This document shows positions 35,801-50,800 of a DNA stretch of 64,000 bases, piece after piece. The DNA lies in the NCBI GenBank assembly GCA_017412115.1, contig JAFPYR010000017.1:7159-71158 (forward strand), written 5' to 3'. The notes under the pieces were generated by a model that was not told the origin of the DNA, made no database searches, and saw only the letters and a list, made by a program, of their open reading frames with translations. Both the position numbers and the translations under genes were made by a program. Source of the DNA: Bacteroidales bacterium. GTDB lineage: Bacteria > Bacteroidota > Bacteroidia > Bacteroidales > UBA3824. Positions within the stretch are counted from its first letter, which is position 1; each line of letters starts with the position of its first letter.

Positions 35801-38800
35801 ACAATTATCTTTTGTAATTGTCCATGTAAGCCTTACGCCGTCAGAAGGAATGTTAGTAACCTTCGTATTGTAAAGCGTAGAGTTTTCAAATATATCTTTA
35901 CCGTTAGAAGCCGTCCATTTACCGAAAGTTCCGTCTTCAGGACGCGTAGCGTTAAGGGTGTATTCCTTACCGCAATTAGCAACCGTAGATTTATCTTTTA
36001 CGTTGTCAGCCTTAACGTCAAGTTTTATACGCGTTACCGCAACGTTTTCAACGCTGCGTTCGCAGTGTTTCGTCGTAACACCGCCTTCCGTGGTTTCTCT
36101 CCATGCCGTCCATGTGAAGTAATATGAACCAGAAGATTTAAGACCGCTAACAGTTGTTACGGCTGCATTCGGGTTAGTAAATGTTACAACCGATGAGAAA
36201 TTAACAATATCATGCGGTGCACCCGTGCAAGTCCACTGACCTTTAGCTCCGGAGTAAGAAGAAATATCTTTTGCTCTGAGTGAAGAGAAACTTTCATCGC
36301 AGGCTGTCTGCGACATATATTCGTCTTCTACCGCTACCGGGAATGCAAAGTTCTTAATAGTAACAGATGTCTGGTCATGACACGTTGTACCTTTGGCAAC
36401 ATACCATGTAAGAGTAGCACCCGTAGACGGAATATTGTAAACTGAAATTTCATTAGCACTTGTAGTTGTAGCACCGTTAACAGAACCAAATACTGCAACT
36501 CCGTCAGATTCCCAATATCCTATAGAGTTCTTGTAACTTTGTTTCGGGTCTTTTGCAACAAGCCCCAAGAATGTACCGTCGCAAGACTCAAGTACTGAAT
36601 TTTCACCGAGTTCTGCCTTAACGTAATTGTTAGTAACGGTAACATCAACATCTCTCTTACAATTACCGGCCTGAATAGTCCAAGTAAATTTGTTGCCGTC
36701 AGTTGCAAAGTTTGTAAAGTCGGCAATATAGTTGGTTGATTCTTCTTTACGAACAAGAGTTGCCGAGCCGTTTGATGTCCAATAACCAGACTCACCGGCA
36801 CTGAGGTCGGGTTCAACAGCCTGAAGATTTTGAACATCCGCAGCACTCAAACATTTCTCCAATGTGATAGGTTCGTGAGAATCAATACCGTTGTTATAAA
36901 TCTCTTTGGTAACCTTATTTTCATCACATGATTTACCGCTAAGTTTTATAAGTTTCCAAGTAATCTCGTTGCTGCCTTTATGAAGACCACTTACCGTAGT
37001 TTCGTTGTTAGTAGAATTAGAGAATGTAACGTCATTGTGTACACAAGACCATTCGCCTCTGAAACCTGACGGAATAGCCGGAGCTTGAAGCGTTCTTTCA
37101 TCAGAACATTCTTCGTCAGCCTTCTTCGGCTCGTCAATTCTCAAAGTAGCAACTCTGTTGTTATAAACGGTAACCTCCTGCTCATCGTAACAAGTAGGTT
37201 TGTTTTTAAGCGCAAGTACCCATTTAACTTTTGCAGTTGAATTAGCGGGTAAATAGAACTTAGAAGATACGGCACTTGAAGACGAAGCATTTGCCTCAAA
37301 ATGACCCGTTGCAGAAGATTTAACCCAATAACCGAATTGCTGGGTACTTGCCTGCTGTCCTATAAGCATTACACTGCCGTCGTCCGCACAAGTAGTAAGT
37401 TCATTTGCACTAACCGAAGCAATCGGTTTGCGGTTCGTTAAAACAACTTGAGAAGTAGCGGAACAATCACTACGTTTCTCAGTCCAAGTCAATGTTACTG
37501 AATTTGTAACATTACCAAGCGAAATATTATTGTTATCAGAAGAAACAATCGTTACGGAACTCGGTGATACTGACCAAGATCCAGTACCCGGAGTCATAAG
37601 ACTCGTAGCCTTAACATCAACGTTAGTTCCGCAAACATCACGGTAACCGAGGTATTTTCCGTCCTCGTCTACGGCTTCTATATCAGCCATAACATCGAAC
37701 TTGTTACCCATGATTATTACGGTGTTGGAAGACTCGCAATATTTGCTTCTATCTGACGCATCATAATAATTCTTAACAGTCCATACAAACTTGTATTCAC
37801 CGTTACCTAAGCCTGAAACTTTAGTATTATTGTTGGTAGAGAACGCAATAGTTACTTTTGAAAGGTCATCTCCGCGACTACTTCCGTCCAAATTCCACTT
37901 ACCTTCCGCCGTAGGAATCGTTTCAATGCTCTTAGCCTTAAGAGTATATGAATCACTACAAGCGTAATCGTCTTCGCCCGGATTAGAGGTAACCTGATTG
38001 TTATTAACTTTTACGGATGATTTTGACTCACCGCAAACACCGTCCAAAATCCAATTGAACGTTGTTGTACCGTAAGGCAAATGAACGGTCATCTCGTTAG
38101 AGGTGGAAGTTGCGGGAAGTTCAAAATCAGAACTATTAACAGTCCAATGTCCCGTAACGCCTGCACCTGCATAAGTTACATTCGGATCTTGTGCAACAAG
38201 CGTAAACTCATCTGCACAAACCGTCTGATCGTTAGGAGTAATAATTCTCGATTTATAATAATTATTAGTAACCTCAACCGCATCCTGACGCTGGCAATCT
38301 CCGCGTTTAACAATCCAATAGAAGGTTGCCTTAGTATTAGCAGGAAGATTTTCTACCCTTACTGAAGTGTATGTACGATCCTCAGGATTAGCAATAGACA
38401 TATCGTTGCAATAGTATATTGCCGAAGAAGGACCGTCCCAGTGTCCTACACCCAAAGCAGGTGTTTCAGCAGTGAGATTAACAAATTCACTACAAACAGC
38501 CTCAGTAGGTTTGTTATTGATAACTGCCTGTGAAGGTGAATTGTTGATAACCGTCAATGAATTTTGAGCCTGACAACCATGTTCGTTAGTAACCGTCCAA
38601 ATAAATACGTTATCTGAAACGTTAGAAAGTCCCGTTACCATTACAGAGGGTGAAGTAACAACTCCGCCTTCAAACGTAACATTATTGTTACATTCCCATT
38701 TACCGCTCTGACCTTGTTTCAACGGGTCAGCACTCAACTGATAAGAATCAGGATTTGCTGTATTACATTGTGTATAACCGTCAGCACCGGCATTTACACT

Positions 38801-41800
38801 GAAACCGTTGTTTTCTACCGTTACAGATGTAGATGACGAACATTCCGTAACACCTTCAACACCGGCTACGGCATTAACATGATTCGTTATAGTCCAAGTG
38901 ATAACAGATTTAGCACCGGGAGCAATACCCTCATAAGTTACGGTCTTAACGTTAGAGGTTTCGGTCGTGAAATTACCAGTATATTTTTTCGACCAAACAC
39001 CGGTCAAGAAACCGTCGCCTACGTTGTTAGAAGTAGCAAGGTTTACTTTACCGTCGCAAATCGGCAACTGAGAAGTTATCGAAACCGTCGGTACAACCTG
39101 AATATTCTTTAATGTATATTTGTCAGATACTTTACAACCGTTAGAGTTCGTAATAGTCCAAACAAGCGTAACACCCGAAGTCGGAACATTCTTGAATGTA
39201 GGACTTGCCATATTAGTACTTGCAACATAATTAATTGCAGGTGTCGTACCGTCAGCCAAATACCATGCACCGGGTGCGTCGGTAGCAGTTGTAGCAACAA
39301 TTCCGTTGTATGTATCACCGCAGACATTGATTGTCTTTTCCTGTCCTACTGCATTGATACTCTTAACGGTTAAATAAACGTTCTTTTGTTGTTTACATAC
39401 TTCTTTACCTTCGTCATTAATGTGGTGATATGCAGTCCAACGGAAATGATACTGACCTTCGTGTGTAAGACCCGTTACAACGGTTTTGTTAGCAGAAGAA
39501 CCACTTACAAATACGATGTCAGACTCATTAACGTATGCTTTCTCCCAATCAACCAATTCCCAATATCCTACGGCATTATCACCGTAACCTTTGATAGAGG
39601 TAGCCGAGAGTTGATAATCAGGACCGCAAATTTCCTCAGAAACTTCTTCCTCCTTAGGCATACCGCAACTTTCAACCGTTACCGTGCTGCTTTCATTACA
39701 ATTGGCAGAACCCTTAGAAACAGTCCATGTAAATTCGGCACCCGTTTTCGGAATATCAACGGCTTTAACCTCAAATGTATTAGCACTTGCTACGGTAGCA
39801 CCGTTTACTAAGAAACCTGCACCGTTAGTAGCCGTCCAAGTACCTTTTGCATTAGCATACGTTGTTGTAGGATCTATTGCAACAAGGTCGTATGTACCGT
39901 CACATGACTGAACCGTCAAAGGCATATCAAGTTCCGCCTTAACACGGTTGTTATAAACGTTAATCGTATCAGCAGCGGCACAACTGTTATTAAGAGTAAA
40001 CGTAATAGTGTTCTTGTCTAAATCCAAGCCCGAAGCCGTAACTTTATAAGACTTATCATCGTAAGTGAAAGTAACATTAGAAGACGAAGCCTTCCAAACA
40101 CCTACAACACCGTGTTCAGGTGTTACGACTTTCAAATCAATCGAACCGTTACAAGAATTTCTGTTATCCTTAACGATTTGAGCGTCAGCAATTTTTTCAT
40201 TTCTTACGGTAACGGTTGCTTTCGAAGTACAATTCGGATTTTCATCATTTGTCAATGTCCACTCAAACGTGTTGTCGCCGTATGCCAAAGCACTTACCGT
40301 AACTTGCGCTGAATTTGTTTCAGTAAGTTTGTTGTTAGGATCCGTACCAAAATAAGGTGCAGTTTCTTTTCTCTTCCACTGACCCGTAAAGCCGGCAACT
40401 TCGTTACCAACCAAGGTTGTATAATCGTTACAAGTAACTGCATCAACAGCGTATGGTTCTGATTGCGCATATTGATTAGTAACTTCAAACTTAGCGTCAG
40501 CATAACACTCTTCGCCGTTTAATTTCTCTTTTGCCTTAATTCTCCAAGTAAATGTCTCAACCGAGTTAGGCAACAAACCTGTTATAGTAGCTCTGTTACT
40601 TTGAGTACTTACTGTAAGACCTGCTCTCGTAGTATAAATCCACTCACCGGTTTGAGTATCATCGTATACATCACCGGTAAGTTTAACAGGCTCGGTAGCC
40701 GAAGCACAAGCAGGTACAGTTGTAAGTTCCGTAACCTGAGGAGCAACATTGCTGATATTGTATTCTGCCGTAGCCGAACAACTATTTTTGATAGCAGTCC
40801 ATCTGAGAGTTGCAAATCTCTGACCCGGTTTGAGTTCGAAAGCCGAATTACCGAGCGTAGAATTTGTAACGCTGATAACATTATTACTATATTCCCAAGA
40901 ACCTACACCGACAGCCGTCAAATTACCCTTAGCACCGCAAACGGTAATATTATCACCCTGCATAGAATATGAGTTGTTGATAAAACTTACCGTAGTAGTC
41001 TCGGTACAATTAGCATTCCCTTTTGCAGTTACAGTCCATCTGTACTGATATTTACCACCGATTACGGCTTGAATATCTTTGATTTCAAGTACGTTGAGTT
41101 TAGCAGCCGTATTAGAAGGAACTGCAATATTAGCAGTCGGAGTTTTAATACATTCCCAAGCACCAGTCCAACCCGTTTCAATCGGAGTAGCCGTCAAAGT
41201 GGTTTTGTCTTCACAGATAACATTATCAACCTGCGGTTCGGTGTAAGGCGAAACCGTAACAGCGATAGGCTGTGAAAGCAAACGGTTGGTAATTTCAACG
41301 TCTTTTGACTTGGTGTTACCGCCGTTATCACCGCAAGAAGAACCCGTAATAGATGACTTAACAGTCCAACGGAATGTATAAGTACCTTGAGTTAAACCTT
41401 TTGCAGTAGCAGAATAATTGCTTTGGTTTTCAAACGTTACATATTCGGCAGCTTCTTTTCCGTCTTTCGTAGGACCGGCAATGCAAGTCCAATAACCCTT
41501 AGCATGATTATACTCGTCGGGATCTTTTGCAAGCAACGATACGGTTTCAGAACAAATAGTAGTTACTTGGTCTTTATCAATTGCAGCCTCAAAATAATCA
41601 ACTATAAATTCTCTGCTTACAGTTACGGGACACGTTGATACCGTATTATGACCGGTATTAGCTTTTGTTACCGTCCAATATACGACATTTCTACCGTATT
41701 CCATACCCGAAACCGTAGCCGACTGTTTGTCGCTGTTAGCAATCTCTGCATTTGGTGATTTCGCTTTATCAATTGTCCAAAGACCCGTAGCATCGGTAGG

Positions 41801-44800
41801 AGCATATTGCGCAGCACCGAGATTAGTATAAGTATTGCAAACAACCTCGTTTTCAAGCGGAGAATTGATAGCAACGTTAGAAGGTTTGTTGTTTATAATC
41901 GTAAGAGGTGCTGACGAAGTACAACCGCCCGGAGATGTTACCGTCCAAATAAATTCGTTAGATTTGGTATTGTTCAAATCGGTAACGAAAGCATTTTTCA
42001 ATGACAATTCCGAAGTCTCGATATGAGCCGTAGTTCCGTCTTTAATAGTCCACAAACCTTTGTATGATTTGCCGTCAACAGCATTAGGCAACTGGGCATC
42101 CATCGTAAAATTATCCTTACACTCCGTGATAACCGTCGTAAATCCTGCATTAGCAACGAATCCTTCATTATTGATTTCGATTTCTTTTTCAGAGGTACAA
42201 ACCTTATCGTTTGTATTTATTGTGTTTTTAAGTTCGTATTTAATTTTTGCTGTTTTACCCAAACCTACATTGCTGAGTTTTGCAGTAAAACCGTTAGTAG
42301 CATCCGTTACTTCAATAGTACCGTTAGAGCCGTCTGATGCAATAGTCGGATCTGCCTTGGTGTTACCGATATACCAATAACCCTTGCTTGAACCGTCTAT
42401 ACCCGTACCTTGCAATCTTACAGTCTGATTTTCTTTACACAAGGTTTCTTGGTCGATACGTGAAATCGACGCAGGAATAGTATGGTTGGTAAGAGTTAAA
42501 TCGTCTGACAATTCACAATTATCACCGCTCTTAACATGCCAACGCAAAACGGTTTCCTCTCTTGTAAGAGATGCTATCGTTGCATTATAAACATCCGTTG
42601 TTTTGGCAGCCATAGTATTTTCGTTTACTTTGAATACGCCCGGACCAGAAACAATCTCCCAATAAGCATTTGTATAAGAAGTCGGGTCAAGCGGATTCAA
42701 TGCGTAATAATCGTAACAATCAGCAACCGAAGAGTTCTTACCGGCAATGCCTTGGTCTGCATCAACCTTGGTATTAAGAACTTTGATTGTAATTTCATCA
42801 GAAGTTTCACATTTCTTGTAAAGTATTCCGTCTGCATTCTGCTGGTCATCACCCTTGGTTACTTTCCAAGCAAATTTATATGTACCGGCAGCCGTCAAAT
42901 TAGAAATATCAATGATATTATTTGCACCGCTTCTGGTACTAAGGCTAATAGCACTCGTTGCAATTTCAGCAGGATGTTTAACAATTGTCCAAGCACCCGT
43001 TGCACCGGCGTTCATCTTAATATCCTGAGCTTTGAGAGTAATTTTGTCATCACAAAGGTCAAAAACATAACTATCCGCCCTGTCACTTACATTAACATCG
43101 TTTGCAGTTGTTATCTTAGCGGTAACACCATTGTTAATCAAAGTGATTTCTCTTTGTGTCGTACAACCGTTTACACCCTCGCCCTTAGCAACCTGCCATA
43201 CGAATGTAGTACCCGTAGTAGAGGGTTTAACGTTAATAGTAGTATTGGTTAAATCCGTTGACGTAATTTGAGCATTTGTAAGCCATGTACCGCTTACATT
43301 ATCACCGTAACCCTCTTTCGGATTGTTAACCGTCAATGAAGTTTCACCGCAAACATATTCGGTATAATCATCTCCGACCTCAACGTAATTGTTTGTAATC
43401 GTTACAGGAGCAGATGACTTAACACATACGCCGTCGATTGTAACATTCCACCAGAAATAGTTTTCACCCTGCTGAATGTTGTATGCCTCTACAACGGCAG
43501 GAGAATTACCGGCAGTAGATTCTCTGAAACTTACGTTCTTTGTTGAAGCCCAATAACCTTTTACGTTACCCGTAGTAGGATTAGCTTTCAAAACAAGTGA
43601 AGGATCACAAAGCACACCCGATTGTGTCAAAGCGATAGCCTCGCCCGGATCTACGTTGTTAATCGTAACCTGTGCACTGATATTATCACATTTTTTACCT
43701 TCAGCCTCGTCAGGAATAATAGTCCAAGTAAGAGTATTTGAACCCTTCTCCAAATTCTTAACAACAGCATTAGGATCGCTGTTATCAAGGGTAGAAGCCG
43801 TATGATTATAGAACTTGGAATTACCGCCTGACCACTGACCGGTATAACCGTTAGGCAACTGTGCTGACAACTGAGCCTCAGAGCCGCAAACAGATTGCTC
43901 AACACCGGCTGAAAGTGTTGCTACACCGTAATTTCTAACATCAATAGATATTTTATCAACACAAGCCTCACCGTTTTCGTTAGTAGTACCGCTATTAACA
44001 TTCCACCAAAGTTTTACTTTGTCGTTGTCGCCCATAGCTGAGAACTGAGAAGTTGCAACAGTAGAATTAGCTATAGTAATTTTAGCATTAGCATCTTCTT
44101 TAGTCCAATATCCGAATGCAGGAGCACTAACTAGAACACCGGTCAAATCACCTTGTCCGTTGCAAACATATATGTCATCAGCCTCGGCTTTTACATGCAA
44201 ATCGTTAATAGTAACATCGCTCGTAGCCGTACAACCGTTTTTGTGAACCGTCCAAGTAAGATTCAAAGATTTGTCAAAACCTGAAACCGTAGCATTGTAA
44301 GCAGTAGAACCGCCTTCAAATTCAACATTGCCCGCAAGACCGTTAATAGTCCAATGAGCATATTCACCTTCGCCTAACGTACCGGGATTGGTAGCATAAA
44401 GCTTGGTTTTGTTTGAACAAACGTTCATCTCGTTTTCAGCATCCTCAGCATTACGCGTATAAGCATCAACCGTGAATGTAGCGTTGTTTACATCGATTTC
44501 GTAAGTTTCAGGAGGACATTTTTCACCCTCTTTACCGTTAGTAACAGTCCATACAAATTTGTAAAGACCGGGGAGATTAACGTTTTCAGTAATTTCAACT
44601 ACGTTGTTGTTAGGATGATCAACATCTGCAACTTTGGTAGCGAGGAAAGTACTGATAGGAGCTATATCTGAAGTCTCAACGCTGCCGTGAGCCATTATAC
44701 AAGTCCAAACACCTTTGGCGTCAGGATAATCTTTTAATGAATTACCTCTCAAAGTAACTTTTGCATTACCGTTAACATCGTTACAGAAGTTTTCGGGTTG

Positions 44801-47800
44801 AGTTCCGTTTGCAGCCAAGAAATTGTTTACAACGGTAAAGTTATCAACAGCCTTACATTCTGCATAAATGTTGCTGCCTTCAAAAGCCTCTACTTTATTA
44901 GATACAGTCCATGTAAACTGTGTTTCACCAGTAGATAAGCCGGAAACTTTAACATAGGTAGAATAAGCTTCATTAATATTACTGCCCGCAGGAATTGTTT
45001 TATTTCCGAATGTAACAGGTCTGTTAGCAGTCCAGAAACCGGTATAAGTCAATGTGTTAGGCAATGCAGTACTTTCCAATGTGTACTTACCGTCGCAAAC
45101 ATAATCACGCTCTTTAGAAAGTTCGGCAGATGCACCGGCTCTGTTTACCGTAATCTCATCGTCGCTCGTACATACCTTTGTCTTACCGTCATGAGCAGTT
45201 GTGGTACGGGTAACAGTCCAAACGTATGTGTTAGCACCCGAACCCATATTAGTAATATTAGTAACACTTGAAAGCGAATTTTCAATATCGCCCGTACCGA
45301 AACCGGGTTTCAACGACCATACGCCTCTTTCACTCGTACTCGTAACAGATTCAGCCGTCAAAGTAGCCTGACCCGTACAAGTGTAAATATATTTTTCACC
45401 GTTATATTCAAGAGTAGTCTTGTCGGTAATGGCACTGGTAATCTTAGCAGCAGTTGCAGAAGGATTATAAATAGATACAAAAGACTCTGCCGTACAAACG
45501 GGATTAGTATTCCAATTCAAACCTTTTGCTTTTGAAGCGGCAACAGCATCATCATCAACACGACGCGTTACCGTCCATTTGAATTTGTTTACACTATTTT
45601 CCAAATTCTCAATAGCAGCATCAGGACTCGTAGAACTTGCGTTATTAACAAAGTCCAAATTGCCTGTAATTTTTTCCCAAACACCGGAATAACTTACATC
45701 GCCTCTTTTTCCTTTAGTTACATATTGAGCATTCAAAGTATGATTGCCCGAACAATCAGTAGTGAAATCACTGCCGGCAGAAGTTTCAAAACCGTAGTTC
45801 GTAACAGTAATTTCATCATAACTCGTACACAACTGATTAGTTGCCGAGTTCTGCATTTTGGTAGAAACTGTCCAGCGGATTTTTACATCCTGACCGGGTT
45901 TTATACCGCGGTAGTAAATCGTATTGATATTGCTTAAATTAGTAAGTGTATTTCCGTCAGCATCAGAGAAATAACCTGATTTATCAACATCGTAGTCAAT
46001 CTCCTGCCAATAACCTACCGTATTTCCGCTTGCAGAAGAAATTGCAGGAACAGCTGAAAGTTGAACCGTACCGTCGCAAATAGGATTAACGGTATTCTGC
46101 TGAATCTTAACTTCGGGTTTAACGTTTCTGATAGTAATTTCAGAAGACTTCGTACAACCCATAGCAGAAGTTACCGTCCATCTAACGGTTACACCGTTAG
46201 CCGGAATATTACTGATAATCGGATAACGGTTAGCAGAATTAGCGAAAGTATTAGTAATAACAACGTTAGTACCTTGATTAACTATAGTCCAAACGCCTTC
46301 TTTAATATCTTTGTTAGCAAGACCTTCGGTTACACCGCTCGGAGAATAAGTGTCGCCGCAGACTACGATGTCCTGACCATTAGGCGTTGTGCCGTCGGCA
46401 TCAACAGAGAAGAACTCGTTATTAAGAGTGATTTCTTCATCATCAAAACATCTTGCATTACCCGTACCTTTTTCAACGTGCCAATTAAGTTTGTAAACGC
46501 CCGCCGTAACCATACCCGTAGCCGTTACGTTGTAATTAGTACCGCCGTCCGAAAGCGTAATGTCATTAACGGAAAGATCACCGGCTGCTTGTGTAACAGT
46601 CCACAATCCGGTTGCATCATCGCCGAATTTAGATTTCGGATTGTTACCCTTCAACGAAATAGAAGACTCGCAAAGCGGATTAGCATACGGTTCAACAGTT
46701 GCAAAAACACCGTTGTTCTGAACGTTGAACTCCTGAGTTGCCGTACAATTACCTTTGTAAATAGTCCATGTAAATGTAGCACCACCGGTTGTAATATCCG
46801 AAGTAGATACAGTTAAAACAGAATTTGTACCTAATGCACTGCTTGCTCTGTTAGAAGTCCACTCGCCTCTTGCCGGATACTTCGGACCAAAACTAAACAA
46901 TGTAGGATCTTTTGCTTCAAGTGTAGTTGTCTCACCTTCGAGCAAACAAACAAATTCGTCATATTTTCTTTCACTAACGTCAATAGAAATCATATTGTTA
47001 TAGATTTCCACTTTGGCATTATCATAACATTCACGGTCTCTTGTAGAACGTGTTGTCCATGTGAAAAGATTCATGTTGTTTACAAGATTCGTAAATCTCG
47101 TAGAATTAGAAGATGCACTATAACCGTCTGCAACTATGCCCGAACCTGTCCAATATCCCTCTTCATTAACATCAACGGGAATAGCATTCAAATCAATGTA
47201 ATTTTTACAAATAGCCTGCTCAGGTGTCGTAATTTTAGCCTTTGTAGGAGTATTGTTGTATACGTCGATAGTTTTATAATTTTTACAATCTCCACGAGTT
47301 ACAGTCCATGTGAAAGGATTCTGACCTTTTGTAAGATTTGTAGCTGAAGTTTCGCTTGAAGCAGCATTAGCAATACGTGCACCGGTAGTTACCGTCCACT
47401 CACCAACCCAAGGATGTCCTTCCCAAGTATCAGGAGGATATGAACCGTAAAGATTTACTTTATTTTTGCTTTCGTCATTTACGGCGCAAATATCTCGTTC
47501 TGCATCAGCAGCTACATTGTTATAAATATTATTAACAATAATCTGCTCAGCCGTAGATTCACAGTTTCCTTGATTAGAACGTACCGTCCAAATAAATTTA
47601 ACCACCGCACCTTCGGTAATACTGGTAACATTAGATTTTGCATTAGTAGGTTCTGTAATATTACCCGAAGCGGCATCGTTTGCTTTTGTCCAAGTACCTA
47701 CACCCTCAGAAGCGACAACAGCTTTAGCACTCAAAGAAGGTGCTGCATTATCTGATTTGTCGCAGAAAAGAATCTCAGCAGGAGAAGTTTCTGCCTGAAT

Positions 47801-50800
47801 ATAATTGTTTTTAACGGTTACTTCATCTTCGGTTTCGCAACCGGCTGCATTCCTTACATGCCAAACCAAAATGGCCTGTTCACCGGCTTTAATACCTGAA
47901 ACATTCGTAACACGGCTGTTAGAATTACTAATGGTAATGTCGGTTTCAACACCGCCTGAATAAGATGTAACCGTCCATGTACCCGTACCCGTTATATCAG
48001 AACCCTCAATCTGAGTATTATCAACGCTACAAGTAGGTTGTGTATAATCGTTATGACCTAATTGTGAAATATCTTGGTTATTAACATAAATATCTACATG
48101 ATCAGAACAATTGCCTTTTGAAACACTCCAACGGAATTTATAAAGACCTTTGTCTGTCAAACCGCGAACAGTCGTTACGTTAGTAGTCGGTGATGAGATA
48201 ACAATTGAAGCTGAATTATTTCTCATTGACAACGGAACGTCTTCCACTGTCCAAATTCCGTGTGCCTTGTTACCGTATTTTTCAATACCGTTTGCTCTGA
48301 TTGTAGTTGAGGTAGCGCAAGTGTAATAATTAGTCTGATCAGCACCCGTTGAAATCATATTGTTTTCGATAGTCAACTTATCAGGTTCTGAAGTACATGA
48401 ACCTTCTGCACTTGTTTTGGTAATTACCCAAGTAAGCGTAGATTCGCCTGCATTGGTAGTAGGAGCATGAATTTTTATTTTCGGACTTCCTTGAGTATAT
48501 GTTACATTGTCAGTTGTAACAAATGTAGGAGCAATACCGCCGGAAATTGTCCATTTACCGGTAATAGTGCTGTTATTATTGTCAGCGAAATTCTGCGGAT
48601 CGTTACCTTCAAGAACAATCGTTCCGTCACATTCCGTCTGATAATTCTCTTTGTTATAAATTATAGACTCAACTTTGTTGTTTACTACCGTAACGGTTTT
48701 TGAGTCCTGACAAATATAGGTAGCACCGTTTTTGCCGGTAATGGTTCTGGTAACAGTCCACATATAGTTCGTTTTACCTTTTTCCATAATGGCATCAACA
48801 ACATGTGCGCTATTGTCCTTAACGGTTAAAGTACCGCCGTTGTCAGATGTCCAAACACCCGAAATCGTACCTTTCGTAATAGTAGTTTCCGGCTCGTCGG
48901 TTTTGGGAGTTATCACCGGTTTGGGAACATCAGCAATAAGAGAAACCGCACCCGTACAAGATACATAGTTGTTATTCGGAGATGTTATCTTCGGCTCATC
49001 AGGTTTGGGATTGATAACATCAAACTGCTGCGTGCCGCTACAAGCCGCATGACCGTCTACATTAACGGTTAATGTCCAAACAAATTTATTAACAAGTGCA
49101 TTGTGCAAACCATCTACATGAAGCGAATTGCTGTTAGCAGAATAATCTTTGATAGAGGCTGCACGTGTCCAAACACCGGTATATGTAATCTGTTTACCGT
49201 CTTGTGTTCTATCATCAAAAGTTTGAGCTACAAGGTCTATTTCATCTGAACAATCAGTAATGATTTCCTCAGTTTCAGGAAGCGTAAAATGATAATTTTG
49301 TACACCGATTGTAGATTCTGTCTTACAACCGTGTGCACTTTCCACATTCCATTTATAAATTACGTAACCGCCTTCGGGGATACCGATAACTTTAACGACA
49401 TTGTTAGTTGACATTACGGCAGCATTCTCAATAGAACTTGACTCGTCAAGTGTTGACCACCAACCTTTTGCACCGGTCTTTTTGGTGTAGTCGGTACCTT
49501 CAAGTTCCATTGAACCGTCGCATGAATACTCATTCGGATGATACTGTTTCGTAGTTACATAAATATTATCGTCGTAAACATCTACTTCATTATAATTTGA
49601 ACAGCCGCTTTCCTTATTAGTAACAATCCAACGCAATTTAGTTGGCTGATCGTTCAAACTTGAAATTACAGCATTCTGAATACTTGAATAACGGTAATCT
49701 CCGTTAGAAGCATTATTTCCTTCGAATTTACCAGAACCCGACCATACATACCAATAGTAGTCAAGTTTTGATTCAACATCAGGCAATCCCGGAGTAAGCG
49801 TATATTCAGGACCGCAATTATAAACAACATTCGGATCGTATGTCTCGTCGGCATCCACCGTGAACGAACCATTGCGAACATATACATATTTTACTGCACG
49901 ACATTGGCTACCTTTGCCGTCCTTATTAGAAGTTGAAATACTTGTCGGCAAATCAACAGTCCATTTTAAAATATAATCATTATTTGTTGCTGTTAAGCCG
50001 TTAACAATAGTTCTCGGATTGTTGGATGAAACAATAACAACATCCGTAGGCCCTTCATACAATGACCACGTACCATACGCCTGCGGATGACCAACCAAAG
50101 CCACGGGAGTAGCATCTAATTCTATTTGAGAATCGCAAACGTATGCACGTAACGGATCTGTATAAGGAGCTTGAAAATCTGTTCTCTTAGTACCTTCCTT
50201 TACATAACGGATTATAGCCTCCATGTGATTGTTGTCAATTTTCACGAAAGCGGTATCCGTACAAATTTCGTTATTCTTATCGTCGTAGTTAGAAACAGTC
50301 CATTTAAACCACTGCTCGCCCTTAGGAACATTGCTAATTTCAGTTTCATTAGAATTAGCATTAACAATATAAGGACTTGCATTAGCACCCGTACCCGAAA
50401 CAGCACCGACATAAGACCATGTGCCTTTTGCAGTGTTGCCCCAGTTTATAATCGGGTTGAGAGCGGTCAGATTTGAATTTCCGTCGCAAGTTTCGTCATA
50501 CTTGTGCTGAATTTCGGCTTCAACGTGTCTGTTGATAACTTTTACACGAATACGTTTTGTACACAATGTATTATCAATAGTATTTTCTACCACCCAATCG
50601 AAATTAGATTCACCTTTAGGCAATTTGTAAACAGCCGTCTGTGATGCGGTAGAATTAACAATACTCGGAGTTATACCCGAGGTAGAACTAATAAATTCCC
50701 AATGTCCTTTACCCACAATAGGTGTTTTAGCAGACAAAAGAATATTACCATTACCCGTAATGCCGGTAAGACTTGATTTCTCATCAGCCTTAGTACCGTC

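Noticed and set aside
46061-46816. A 251-aa plus-strand ORF, and all other ORF-track entries between 8887 and 60300 on either strand (for example 42536-43252, 54407-54988, 18722-19315, 17832-18335, 24128-24655).
   Set aside because: They lie entirely inside the 17,169-codon frame. Their composition is low-complexity and Arg/Ile/Cys/Ser-rich, as expected for shadow frames of a Thr/Asn/Val-rich gene. They carry no recognisable motifs. The antisense frames stay open only because of the codon bias of the sense frame.
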